Origin: Streptosporangiaceae bacterium
GTDB taxonomy: Bacteria; Actinomycetota; Actinomycetes; Streptosporangiales; Streptosporangiaceae
NCBI GenBank assembly: GCA_049675875.1
Contig: JBAUAR010000011.1
Coordinates: 2,081-66,080, forward strand
Direction: 5' to 3'
DNA length: 64,000 bases
Both the position numbers and the translations under genes were made by a program. Every line of letters begins with the position of its first letter. The first letter of the stretch is position 1. The notes under the pieces were generated by a model, which searched no databases, was not told the origin of the DNA, and worked only from the letters and a program-made list of their open reading frames with translations. Shown in pieces: positions 1 through 9,006 of this stretch.

Positions 1-1
1 C

Positions 2-523
2 GACCCCGGCAACCCCGACCAGGTCTTCGCCACCATCGACTCACTGCGGATCCCTATCGAGTACCTGGCCAGCCTGTTCACCGCGGGCAAGGCCGATACG
101 GTGCGCGCCGTATTGCGCAAGCTTGCCGTCGTGCGCGCGATCATGCGGGCAGGGCAGCTCGGGCTGAGCCTCGATGAGAACCTGCCCGCCTCGGTCGGCG
201 CAAGCGTCGAGGACCTGGAGGACCTCTACCGGCTGCTCGCGATCGCCAAATACGAGGACCGATACGTTATCCCGCCCGCGCACGCCGAGGACGCCGGAGC
301 TCTGATGGGCCAGCACGAGCAGCTGTTCTGCAGCCTGGACACCGACGGCGGCCCCGGCATGGGCGGTACCGGGCCGCATGGCATCCAGAGCTACCAGCCA
401 GGCACCCCGCCCGGCCAGGATCACAGCTTCCGGGCCGGCGACGGCCGGACTCACTTCAACCTGCTCGGCTGGAACGGGCAAGACAGCGCGCCCGGCCTCT
501 TCCCCGACCGGGGCACCTCGTGA
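2..523 (+). CDS. narH: Respiratory nitrate reductase beta subunit, C-terminal part (5' end outside window)
   Basis: The frame is open from the window edge. LYRLLAIAKYEDRYVIPPAHAE matches the conserved NarH C-terminus. The stop overlaps the narJ start (GTGA at 520-523), and narJ-narI follow. Confidence 0.85.
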   Translation, partial: DPGNPDQVFATIDSLRIPIEYLASLFTAGKADTVRAVLRKLAVVRAIMRAGQLGLSLDENLPASVGASVEDLEDLYRLLAIAKYEDRYVIPPAHAEDAGALMGQHEQLFCSLDTDGGPGMGGTGPHGIQSYQPGTPPGQDHSFRAGDGRTHFNLLGWNGQDSAPGLFPDRGTS

Positions 524-1152
524 GTGCCAGCCAGAACCCAATCAGCCCGTACAAGCTGGCCTCGGTGCTGCTGCAGTACCCGACGACGGCGCTGTTCGAC
601 GGGATGAGCGAACTCGACACGGCCGCCGCGCAGGCCTCCCCGCGAGCTACCCGGGAAGCGTTTGCCCGGTTCCTGGGCTGGCTGCGCGCGACGCCGCCGA
701 CCCAGGTAGGCCAGCACTACGTCGAGACTTTCGACCTGCGCCGCCGCTGCGCGTTGTACCTGAGCTACTACCGGTATGGCGACACCCGCAAGCGCGGCAT
801 GTCGATGCTCACCTTCAAGACCGCCTACCGGGCCGCCGGCCTGAACCCCAGTGAGGACGAGCTACCCGACTACCTGCCCATGGTGCTCGACTTCGCCGCG
901 CTCAGCCCCGGCGGCGAAAGCCTGCTGCGCGCGCACCGGGCCGACCTCGAACTGCTGCGGCGCGGCCTTGAGCAGGCGGCCACGCCCTATGTTGATGTTG
1001 TCGCCGCCGTATGCGCGATGCTGCCCAGGCTAGGACGTCGCGAAGCCGGACTCGTGCACGCCGCGTGGCAAGCCGGCCCGCCACGCGAGGAGGTCGGGCT
1101 AGAGCCGTTTGCCCCGCCTGAGTACCTGACAGGTTACGGAACCCAGACGTGA
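520..1152 (+). CDS. narJ: Nitrate reductase molybdenum-cofactor assembly chaperone
   Basis: Carries the NarJ signature VETFDLRRRCALYLSYYRYGDTRKRGMSML...ELPDYLPMVLDFAA. Sits between narH and narI with overlapping start and stop codons. Confidence 0.85.
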   Translation: MSASQNPISPYKLASVLLQYPTTALFDGMSELDTAAAQASPRATREAFARFLGWLRATPPTQVGQHYVETFDLRRRCALYLSYYRYGDTRKRGMSMLTFKTAYRAAGLNPSEDELPDYLPMVLDFAALSPGGESLLRAHRADLELLRRGLEQAATPYVDVVAAVCAMLPRLGRREAGLVHAAWQAGPPREEVGLEPFAPPEYLTGYGTQT

Positions 1153-1898
1153 ATGCCACCGCCGCCCAGGTGTTCTGGTGGGTCGCCCTGCCCTACCTCG
1201 CGCTCGGGGTGTTCGCCGTCGGGCACGTGTGGCGGTGGCGTTACGACCAGTTCGGCTGGACCAGCCGCTCCACGCAACTGCAGGAGCGGCGCATGCTGAA
1301 GTGGGGGTCGCCGCTGTTCCACTACGGCACCTTCGCCGCCATCGGCGGCCACGTGATCGGCGTGCTCATCCCGGAACGATGGACCAAGGCGATCGGCATC
1401 CCCGAGAACGCCTACCGCTGGTTCTCCGCCGGGGCCGGGACACTGGCCGCGGTGCTCGTCATCGGCGGCGTAATCGTGCTGGCCTCCAGGCGGCTGCTGG
1501 TGCCGCGGGTCCGAGCCACCACCGCCCCGATCGACTACGTCACCCTGATCCTGCTGCTGATCGTGATCCTCACCGGCATCGCACCCACGATCGGGATCAA
1601 CCTGCTCGGCCACGGATACGACTACCGCACCACCGTGGCGCCGTGGTTCCGCGGCCTGTTCATCGGCTCCCCGGACGTGCAGTCGATCGCGCACGCGCCA
1701 TTCATCTACCAACTGCACGCGACCGCCGCATGGATGATCTGGGGCCTGTGGCCGTTCAGCCGGCTCGTGCACGCCTGGAGTTACCCCCTGTGGTACCTGT
1801 GGCGGCCCTACATCGTCTACCGCAGCCGCCGCCCCGCCCCGCCCTCCGAACCCGGAACCGGCGGCCGCAAATGGCGCAAAATCGGTGCCCCGTACTAG
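1149..1898 (+). CDS. narI: Respiratory nitrate reductase gamma (cytochrome b) subunit
   Basis: The N-terminus FWWVALPYLALGVFAVGHVWRWRYDQFGWTSRSTQLQERRMLKWGSPLFHYG is typical of NarI. Multiple TM helices. The GTG start overlaps the narJ stop. Confidence 0.9.
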   Translation: MNATAAQVFWWVALPYLALGVFAVGHVWRWRYDQFGWTSRSTQLQERRMLKWGSPLFHYGTFAAIGGHVIGVLIPERWTKAIGIPENAYRWFSAGAGTLAAVLVIGGVIVLASRRLLVPRVRATTAPIDYVTLILLLIVILTGIAPTIGINLLGHGYDYRTTVAPWFRGLFIGSPDVQSIAHAPFIYQLHATAAWMIWGLWPFSRLVHAWSYPLWYLWRPYIVYRSRRPAPPSEPGTGGRKWRKIGAPY

Positions 1899-2310
1899 GC
1901 CGCCGAGCGTTCCAGGTCGTCCGGACGCTCAATCCCAGATGCAGCTGCTCAAACGCTAGCAAGCCGATGACGCGAGATTGCCGACAGATCCAGTCACCGT
2001 CCGCGACAGCGAGCGGTTCGCCAAACCGCCATTAGAGCCCGCTCCCTGTCCGCCATATGTCCGTGACCGGACGACTGGCCGAACACGCCACCGCATAAAG
2101 CGATGGAAGGTGATGAACACTCAGGCGGCGAAACGAGGCCTCCATCAAGCGGGTACGGCACGTCCTGGACAGGTCTACAACGTGGACCGCGCCTAGCTCC
2201 GTGGCCCGCAGACGCCTATCCAGCCGAGCAGACAGGAGTCAGACCGAATGTATTGCGCATCGTCGGCTCTGGACGTGATCGCCGGTAGCGCCTGTCCTTT
2301 GCAGCGATCC

Positions 2311-2470
2311 CCGGGGACCACCTGGGGACCACACGCTGTGCATGTAAGTGAACAATCCGCAGGTGGCGTCACGTCTTGCTCAGCAGTCTGAATGGTTCTG
2401 ACCAGGCAAAACGCCTAACCCACTCTTCTGGGGGTCAAGGGGTCGCGGGTTCAAATCCCGCCGTCCCGAC
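2311..2470 (+). repeat. tRNA-like element, copy A: two 11-nt units (CCGGGGACCAC, CTGGGGACCAC) plus about 135 nt ending in a perfect tRNA T-arm and 3' acceptor strand
   Basis: GCGGG-TTCAAAT-CCCGC lies at 2445-2461, followed by CGTCCCG-A. The element aligns along its whole length with 7771-7939. No complementary 5' acceptor strand and no 7-nt anticodon loop. Confidence 0.7.
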
Positions 2471-2534
2471 TGGTAGGAAGCTCGCGGAGGCTCATGACAA
2501 GGCCGAGGGGGGCCAAACGCGCTAGCCTGGTTCC

Positions 2535-2731
2535 GTGGTGGCTAGCTCTCGACGGCGTAGCCACGGAGACGACTCCGTCTACTTCGACGCATCCAAGAAC
2601 CGCTGGATCGGCGCGACCTCGTTAGGGCATCGGCCGACGGCCAGCGCAGGATCCGGGATAAGGCCGACGACCGGGCGGGCGCTAAGCGACAGATGGCGGA
2701 GATTGCTTACGCAACTGCCACCCGTTACTAA
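2535..2731 (+). pseudogene. Tyrosine recombinase (phage-type integrase) N-terminal remnant, frameshifted and truncated
   Basis: SHGDDSVYFDASKNRWIGATSLG is the typical integrase N-terminal arm-binding motif. The sequence continues in the +1 frame as ADGQRRIRDKADDRAGAKRQMAEI and stops at 2729-2731. No catalytic domain follows. Confidence 0.5.
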
Positions 2732-3005
2732 GCGGCCGGCAATGGGCTGGGGTGGGTCTCCCCCGGCTAGGTGCCATTAACGCGGGTGCCGCGGCGGGGG
2801 TCAACCTGGAGCACCTGGAGCGCTCAGCGCGAGGGCGAACGACACTAGCGCTGGCCTCTTCGGCAGACCAGGCACGGACTTCGGCTGGTTCCCATGTAGG
2901 GCATGCCCGGCCGTCCCGTGGGCTGCGGTGCGGACGATCGGGGGACCGCCGGTCTTGAGCGTTCTTTCAGCTTGCTCTCAGACTTTGTCCCTAAGGTCGG
3001 CGCCT

Positions 3006-3587
3006 ATGACTGATAACGCCACGAATAAGGGCAAGGTCGGGTCCGGGTCCGGGTCCGCGCTCGTCGCCTTCGACTCCCCGGACGACCAATCCGATCGTCC
3101 GGAAGAGCTGACCGAGATCGACGATCTTCCGGAAGAGTCCACTGAGATCGACGACGACGACTCGGGCGGGGACGGCGTTCTGGGCACGGGCGCGGTGAGC
3201 GGAGGTTTCGGCTTCGCCGGCCTGGCCCTCGCGATCGTCTCCCTTACAACGAACTGGACCAGCGGCGTCGTGGTCAGTCACGCCCAGTACAGCGAAGAAA
3301 TGACTGCCCCGAGCTCCGGTCTGACGGCTCAGCAGCAGCTGAACATGCTTGCAAACGGCTGGCACACCCAGGGCTGGTGGGCGCTCGTGTTCGCCGCGGC
3401 GGCGGTGCTCGTCGGCGCCGGTGCGCTGCTCTTGCCGAGGATCCTGCGCAGCGGGGGCACCCCGGGCTGGGCCAAGGCCTCCGCGACCAGCGCGATCATC
3501 GTGGGTCTGGTCGGCGCGCTCCTCGCGGTCCTCATCATTATCGGGGTGTTCGGCGGGAACCTGACCGCCCCTGCCGGCGCGCACTGA
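3006..3587 (+). CDS. Membrane protein with acidic repeat N-terminus, unknown family
   Basis: ATG at 3006. Acidic cytoplasmic head with a 30-nt tandem duplication (PEELTEIDDL/PEESTEIDDD, 3099-3158), then 3-4 hydrophobic helices. Confidence 0.5.
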   Translation: MTDNATNKGKVGSGSGSALVAFDSPDDQSDRPEELTEIDDLPEESTEIDDDDSGGDGVLGTGAVSGGFGFAGLALAIVSLTTNWTSGVVVSHAQYSEEMTAPSSGLTAQQQLNMLANGWHTQGWWALVFAAAAVLVGAGALLLPRILRSGGTPGWAKASATSAIIVGLVGALLAVLIIIGVFGGNLTAPAGAH

Positions 3588-3968
3588 GCCGGGCTCGCTC
3601 CCTACGCAGGTCAACACCGATGCTTGCTCGGATCAATGGTTGCGCTCGGATCGCGGGCGTTCGCGTCAGCCTGATTCCCGTGGAGACGGGTGCCCGGAAG
3701 CTCCCCCATCTTGTGGCTTACGACTACGGGAGTGGTGGTCTGCGGGCGTGATGCGCGCACGGTCAGCGGCGGAGGTTGCTGGCATCTACCCGGAGCTGGC
3801 GATCGTTGCGTGCTGGCAGACCACGATCGTGGTTAGCGCCGCTGCGGGGATGTTCCGGATAGCTGCCTCCGGAACGAGCGCCCGCAGCACACAGCGCAAG
3901 GACGAACGACGTTGACGCCGTGAAGGCCCGGCATATTCTCGGCTGGCCGGGCAGCGCAGGTGCAGCCG

Positions 3969-4199
3969 TTACTGCGGCGAGCCGAAGAGAGATTCTCCGT
4001 CGCTGCCGCCGAGCCGGAAGCTGATCCGGGTCCAGGTCCTCGCGCAGCTGACGGGTGTTGTAGGCGCGATGGCCGACGAAGTCTTCCAGCGACGCGCCTA
4101 GGCGGCCGGGGTCTTGCTTGAGCCAGTCGGCGAGGAACTGCAGCATCTCCGCCAGCTCAGCGGAAGCCGGCCGGGAGGAACTAGGCCTGGGCTGGCCGG
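3969..4199 (-). pseudogene. Frameshifted C-terminal gene fragment, family not recognised
   Basis: AELAEMLQFLADWLKQDPGRLGASLEDFVGHRAYNTRQLREDL has strong G/C third-position bias. It then continues better in another frame (RISFRLGGSDGESLFGSPQ*). No start codon upstream. Confidence 0.3.
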
Positions 4200-4394
4200 T
4201 CAGAGCTTCAGAGCCAGGGCCACGAGGATGATGAACACGACCAGAACGACGATGCCCCGCAACGCGAACGTCCGGGTCTCGCGCCGCATGCCCCGGATCT
4301 GCGTGCGGCGGGACCGGATGCCCAGCCGGGCCTGATTAGCGCGGGTGGCATGCCAGACCAACAGCCCGACGGCGATCGCGATGAGAATGGTCAA
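4200..4394 (-). CDS. Small two-TM membrane protein (64 aa)
   Basis: Very high G/C at third codon positions. Two hydrophobic helices flank an Arg-rich loop. Confidence 0.55.
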   Translation of the reverse strand: MTILIAIAVGLLVWHATRANQARLGIRSRRTQIRGMRRETRTFALRGIVVLVVFIILVALALKL

Positions 4395-4534
4395 GACAGG
4401 AACCGATCTGGTGGATGGGACCGGGTGGGTCTAGCTCACCGCGAGGTGCTGAGGCGTGTCAACTGATGCTGCGGCTTGACTACTCATCCGGACTGACCGG
4501 CGCCGTTCGTGTGGCGCTCCGCTCCGACCCGGAC

Positions 4535-4621
4535 CAGCTGCTGGCGTTCTACGACTACCCGGCCGAGCACTGGGTGGTGAACCTGCGTATTACCAACCCG
4601 ATCGAATCTACCTTCGCCGCA
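4535..4621 (+). mobile_element. IS256-family (mutator-type) transposase C-terminal remnant
   Basis: QLLAFYDYPAEHWVVNLRITNPIESTFAA matches the conserved FP-EHW-LRTTN-IE motif of IS256 transposases. Only about 30 codons survive. Confidence 0.5.
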
Positions 4622-4774
4622 AGCAGCAGACCGCCATCGGCGCGATGGCCTTTCCACTGTTCTTCGTGGTCGCGTTCTCGCTGTACTACATCAGTCGATA
4701 TAGGGCTCTAGCGACGCGACGCGTGCTGATCGAGCGCGGCGGCGTTATCCGTCGCTCTCGCGACGATCGGCCGC

Positions 4775-4930
4775 ATGACCGGCGTTGCTGGTGCCGCGCG
4801 CCTGCTCGAGCGGGACGGAGAGCTCGCGGACCTCGTTGGCCTGCTGGCGCGGTCGCATGCGGGCCGGGATGCCGCGGCCGTCATCGATGGGCCGCCCGGA
4901 ACCGGGAAGACCGCCCGGCTTGACGCGCTG
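4775..4930 (+). pseudogene. N-terminal P-loop fragment of a large LuxR/AAA-type regulator
   Basis: LLERDGELADLVGLLARSHAGRDAAAVIDGPPGTGKTARLDAL is the typical AAA_16 N-terminus. Protein-like sequence is lost after about 50 codons. Confidence 0.4.
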
Positions 4931-5097
4931 ATGGGTACGCCGCCAGGCGCGGCGTCCGGTGCTTCGCGCACGCGGGCGGGTGCTGGAGGCCGGCATGGCG
5001 TTCGCTGTGCTGTAGTCCGGCGTCACCTGGGCCCGGAGTGCGAGCGCCGGGTTCTGTGAACTGAACGCGCCAGGCGCTGATAGGGCGGTGCGAATGA

Positions 5098-5310
5098 TCA
5101 ATGCCATTTACCCACAGTGAACGTTGGACCCCAAAGACTCAGCGGCCAGAAGAGGACAGAGATGAAATACTGCGCCCAGCTATGGATTCCGGATATGGTC
5201 CCCGGCGACCCAGGCAAATGCGGAGATGCAGTGTTGACGAACACGCCGATAAGGATGTAGACGCCGATAAGAATGCCGGTCCAACTGAAGAGAGTCTTTA
5301 TGAAGCCCAC
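5098..5310 (-). CDS. Small hydrophobic protein (70 aa) in an AT-richer patch
   Basis: ATG preceded by a GGAGAGGG Shine-Dalgarno-like sequence. Two or three hydrophobic segments. Composition differs from the flanks. Confidence 0.5.
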   Translation of the reverse strand: MGFIKTLFSWTGILIGVYILIGVFVNTASPHLPGSPGTISGIHSWAQYFISVLFWPLSLWGPTFTVGKWH

Positions 5311-6410
5311 ATCAGCTCACCCTCTCCCCGTGACGCTGAGCCTCGATCGCAAGTGACCGCCGCGCAAGGCGAAGCCTCGTAACGAACGCGACCGACCGAT
5401 CCTCATTTCTCAGTCCAAGACATAACATGGCACTTACCTCAGGGTAGTTCATAGGTCGTTATCTGCAAGCTCGACACTCAGGCGGCCATTGAGCGATTCC
5501 GACGGCGTGTCACGTTCATGGGCTGCGATGATGGCTACTCCTCGCAGGGCCAGGGCTCCTCTTCGGCCGGAGCAGGTTCACCAAGTTCGCGGCGGTGTAA
5601 GGCCGTCACATGTCTCGCCTCGCTCGTCTGGTATCCGCATCGACGGCGCCGTAACTGTAAGGGGACTGGCTGGCAGCCCGGCTCGATGTTCCCTGGGGCG
5701 ACCGGCCTACCAGCTCCCGTCACCCATGGGCAGCCCTGGGCACCGGGCCCGATCAGCGTCAGCGGATGCCATGCGAGGGCCCGGTGGCCAGATCAACAAA
5801 CACGGGACATCTGCATGCGTCCTATCGCTGACCGGGCGTCTGGTACAAACTCGGCACGTGTCAATGCTGACTGAACTCGGAAACGTGATCGAGGTGCTCA
5901 ATTTACGCGATCGCAGCATGCCCCTCACTGATCAATTTCGTGATTGCGGACAATGTCCGCAGACTCGGCCGGGCGAAAGAATCCGATGACGGGCGCATAC
6001 ACCTTGCGCGGGCTGCTGGATGCCCGAAGGTGGGACAGGTGTGTAAGAGCACACGGTCAAGGTCAGGCTGGGTTCGGTCAGCAGCAGCACGTGCGCGGAG
6101 TCACGCACCGAGGCCCGAGACTGGCTCACGTCGAGGGCCTCTACCGGCATCTCGTCACCGTCGCCCGGTAGGTTCTTCCTAGACATAAGCAAAATATCCA
6201 CTGATAGTGTGGGCACCAAACGGGAAAAAAAACTGGTCGTCATCACTGCGGCGATCGGTACGGCAGTCGCCTCGCCCGTCGGCGCCTCGCCTGCGCACCC
6301 CACATCCCCCCAGCCGCAGCGACCGCCGGAGCCCGCGCCGTACCGGGCGCGCTCCCTGCCGGCGGCCTGAAGCTCGGCACGGTTCCGGGCCGGTGACCAT
6401 CGTCTGCGCG

Positions 6411-7649
6411 TCAGGCGCTTCTGATCCGGTCCAGGATCTGCGGGTTTACCAACTCGTCGGGAACCGTCTCAGGACCGGTTATGAACGCAACCAGTAGGCG
6501 GAAGACCTCCGGGTCCATGCTGGCCATCTTCTCGGCGACGAACGCGCGTCGGGCCATGCGGTTGCCGGCATCCTCGGCGTAGGTTACCGAGACGACATCG
6601 GCAATCAGCCTGAGCCTGCGCATTCGCTCGGCTCGCTCCTGTCCATACGACGCGAAGTCGGCTGGCTGGCGGGCGCCGTCGAGGATCAGATCACGGACCA
6701 TCCGCACGTCGCGCATAGCGATCGACAGGCCCTGGCCGATGATCGGGTCGTTGTGGCCCGCGGCGTCGCCGACCAGCACTGTGTGCTCAGCGAAAGGCGT
6801 GTCGGTCCATGTGTCATCGCCCGGGTAGGTGACACACGGCCCGGCCGGTGTCCCCGCTGCCACCATCTCGGACAGCGGATAGCAGCCCGGCTGCCAGGCA
6901 GCCAGGAACTGCGCGGCGGCGTCGGGACCGGCGAAGCGGCGCTGACCGGACCGGCCGACGCCCACATACAGCCGGGCGCGACCGCGACCCTGGTGAAACA
7001 TCAGCAGGATCCGGTCGCCCTCCATGACCATAATGTCGTGCTCGTCTGAGATCTCGGCCAGCCCGTCCACGAGCAGCCCAGCGAGGTAGTTGACCGGATC
7101 GTCACGCTGCAACGTGATGCCGGCCTGGCGGCGGACCGTGGACGAACGGCCGTCTGCCCCGACTACCAGGCGGGCACGCACCTCAGCCTCGCAGCCGACT
7201 ACGTAGCTGACCGAGACATCCGATCCGGCGCTCAGCTTGACGTCATGCACGCCCCGGACCACCGTGGCGCCGGCGGCCGTCGCCGCGTCGGCAATCGCCT
7301 GGCAGGCGTCAGGGTGACGCATGTTGAGCGTGCCCGGGACCCCTTCAAGCATCATCGACATCGGCAGCACTGTCGGGTCGTCGAGCCCCTCGACGTACTG
7401 CAGCCACGCCGGAGCCACATGCGCCCCAGCGTCAAGCAGAACCTGCTCGACACCCACGTTCCGGGCTTCCATCACCCCCCAGGGGAGCATCGTTTCGCCC
7501 CGGACGCGGTCCTCGTACTCGACGGTCGACTCGAGGACCACCACGCTCCGCCCGGCCGACGCCAGGGCATATGCCAACGAGGAACCCGCGATACCACCGC
7601 CCACGATCACCACGTCCGAAACGTCCACAACCAAACCCCCCTGTGACAC
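6411..7649 (-). CDS. FAD-dependent monooxygenase (UbiH/aromatic hydroxylase-like)
   Basis: Has an N-terminal dinucleotide-binding VVIVGGGIAGSSLAYALASAG, the GD motif VGADGRSSTVRR and the C-terminal LVGDAAGHNDPIIGQGL motif. Confidence 0.85.
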   Translation of the reverse strand: MSQGGLVVDVSDVVIVGGGIAGSSLAYALASAGRSVVVLESTVEYEDRVRGETMLPWGVMEARNVGVEQVLLDAGAHVAPAWLQYVEGLDDPTVLPMSMMLEGVPGTLNMRHPDACQAIADAATAAGATVVRGVHDVKLSAGSDVSVSYVVGCEAEVRARLVVGADGRSSTVRRQAGITLQRDDPVNYLAGLLVDGLAEISDEHDIMVMEGDRILLMFHQGRGRARLYVGVGRSGQRRFAGPDAAAQFLAAWQPGCYPLSEMVAAGTPAGPCVTYPGDDTWTDTPFAEHTVLVGDAAGHNDPIIGQGLSIAMRDVRMVRDLILDGARQPADFASYGQERAERMRRLRLIADVVSVTYAEDAGNRMARRAFVAEKMASMDPEVFRLLVAFITGPETVPDELVNPQILDRIRSA

Positions 7650-7770
7650 GGTCGCTCGTCTTAACAGTTCGTGCCCGAACTAGTCATTCAGTCATTGGAC
7701 CCGGCGCGCCTTGCTTTGGCAACGGTCGTCGCAGCACCATTGCGGGCCAGCGCAGCTCTCGGCCCAGGAT

Positions 7771-7939
7771 CTGGGGTTCCTGGGGACCATCTGGGGACCA
7801 CACGCTATGCGTGCGAGTGAACAAACTGCCGGTAGCGTCACGTGGTGTTCGGCAGTCTGAACGATTCTGACCAGGCAAAACGCCTAAACCCCTGTTCTGG
7901 GGGTCAAGGGCTCGCGGGTTCAAATCCCGCCGTCTCGAC
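7771..7939 (+). repeat. tRNA-like element, copy B: three direct units (CTGGGGTTC, CTGGGGACCAT, CTGGGGACCAC) plus a tRNA-like 3' domain
   Basis: The T-arm GCGGG-TTCAAAT-CCCGC at 7914-7930 is identical to copy A, followed by CGTCTCG-A. Same orientation and register as copy A. One extra unit, CTGGGGACCA, lies at 7988-7997. Confidence 0.7.
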
Positions 7940-8238
7940 GCAGGTTAGAAGGCTGATTCGAAATCCAGATCAGTCTCCTGGCAACTTCTGGGGACCAAGA
8001 TCGCAGATACTTCTCATCTGGCGCTTCTTGACGGCCAGTCAAGTGCGGCCGCGCTAGCAGTTCCGGCACCGCCGGTGCTCCGTAGCCAAGCGCCTCCGCG
8101 GCAGGCCTGGACCGGCCACTCGAGGCCAGCGGCCCGGCGGCCGCGGCTGCAACCCGCACCGCAGGCGTGTGGCACTACGACCGCACACGGTTGACCACCT
8201 AGCGCTGCCATCAGCCGGCAGAGCTATTCGGTCTTGCT

Positions 8239-8280
8239 AAGTACCGGTAACTAGCGTTACTATCTACCTGTAGCTAGTAA
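8239..8280 (+). promoter_or_regulatory. Candidate operator upstream of the padR-like gene
   Basis: Holds the palindrome TACCGGTA and the imperfect inverted repeat TAACTAGC-N17-GCTAGTAA, 30-70 nt upstream of the PadR start. Confidence 0.25.
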
Positions 8281-8308
8281 GACTGAGTAGCTGTGGGAGG
8301 AGGTATTC

Positions 8309-8638
8309 ATGGCCAAGCTGGTGACGGAGATGCTCAAGGGGACGCTCGAGGGCATTGTCCTCGCGATCTTGTCCGGACGGCCCGCGTACGGCTACGAGAT
8401 CACGGCGTGGCTGCGGGAGCAGGGGTTCTCCGAGATCGCCGAAGGAACCGTCTACGCGCTGCTCATCAGGGTCGAGCAGCGCGGCCTGGTCGACGTGGAG
8501 AAGGTCCCCTCCGAGAAGGGGCCGCCGCGCAAGGTCTACTCCCTCAACGCTAACGGACGCCAATACCTAGACGAATTCTGGAGGACGTGGAGCTTCCTGG
8601 CACTCCGACTGGAGCAGCTCCGCGAGGAAGGCAAGTGA
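8309..8638 (+). CDS. PadR-family transcriptional regulator
   Basis: LKGTLEGIVLAILSGRPAYGYEITAWLREQGFSEIAEGTVYALLIRVEQRGLV...RKVYSLNANG is a canonical PadR winged helix. A GGAGGAGG RBS precedes the start. Confidence 0.9.
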   Translation: MAKLVTEMLKGTLEGIVLAILSGRPAYGYEITAWLREQGFSEIAEGTVYALLIRVEQRGLVDVEKVPSEKGPPRKVYSLNANGRQYLDEFWRTWSFLALRLEQLREEGK

Positions 8639-9006
8639 TGGCACCGAAGTGGATCGAGCTGGTCACCGGATCGCTCGAGCAGAAGAAGCAGTACCGGCAG
8701 TACAGGGCACGCATCGACGCTCTGCCCGAGCCGTACGGCACCGCGGCGAAGGCGCTGCAGCGGTACTTCATGTATAACGCGGGCGTCACGGACGGCGAGA
8801 CCGCGCTCAAGATGTTCGGCGACTTCGCCGACCTCTGGGAGCGCGCAGCCGCCGACGGCACGCCTGTGCGAGCGATCGTCGGCGACGACCCAGTCGAGTT
8901 CGCCGACACATTCGCGCAGGCCTACACCGGAAAGAGATGGATCGACAAGGAACGCGCCCGGCTGACCCAGGCGATTGAGGACGCGGAGCGAAAGGAACAG
9001 GAATGA
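8638..9006 (+). CDS. DUF1048-family protein (PadR-associated)
   Basis: VTGSLEQKKQYRQYRARIDALPEPYGTAAKALQRYFM matches the DUF1048 N-terminus. The start overlaps the PadR stop. Confidence 0.75.
   Translation: MAPKWIELVTGSLEQKKQYRQYRARIDALPEPYGTAAKALQRYFMYNAGVTDGETALKMFGDFADLWERAAADGTPVRAIVGDDPVEFADTFAQAYTGKRWIDKERARLTQAIEDAERKEQE

Noticed and set aside
2445-2470. A functional tRNA gene at the T-arm-like sequences (2445-2470 and 7914-7939).
   Set aside because: There is no 7-nt anticodon loop. No 5' acceptor strand complementary to CGTC(C/T)CG lies within 70-95 nt upstream. The D-like region is weak. These are therefore reported only as tRNA-like elements.
5932-6186. The 84-aa ORF as a RiPP (lanthipeptide or lasso-type) precursor.
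   Set aside because: It contains Cys, Ser and Thr residues. But there are no adjacent modification enzymes (LanM/LanB/LanC, cyclodehydratase, B1/B2/C), protease or dedicated transporter, and codon bias decays in the putative core region.
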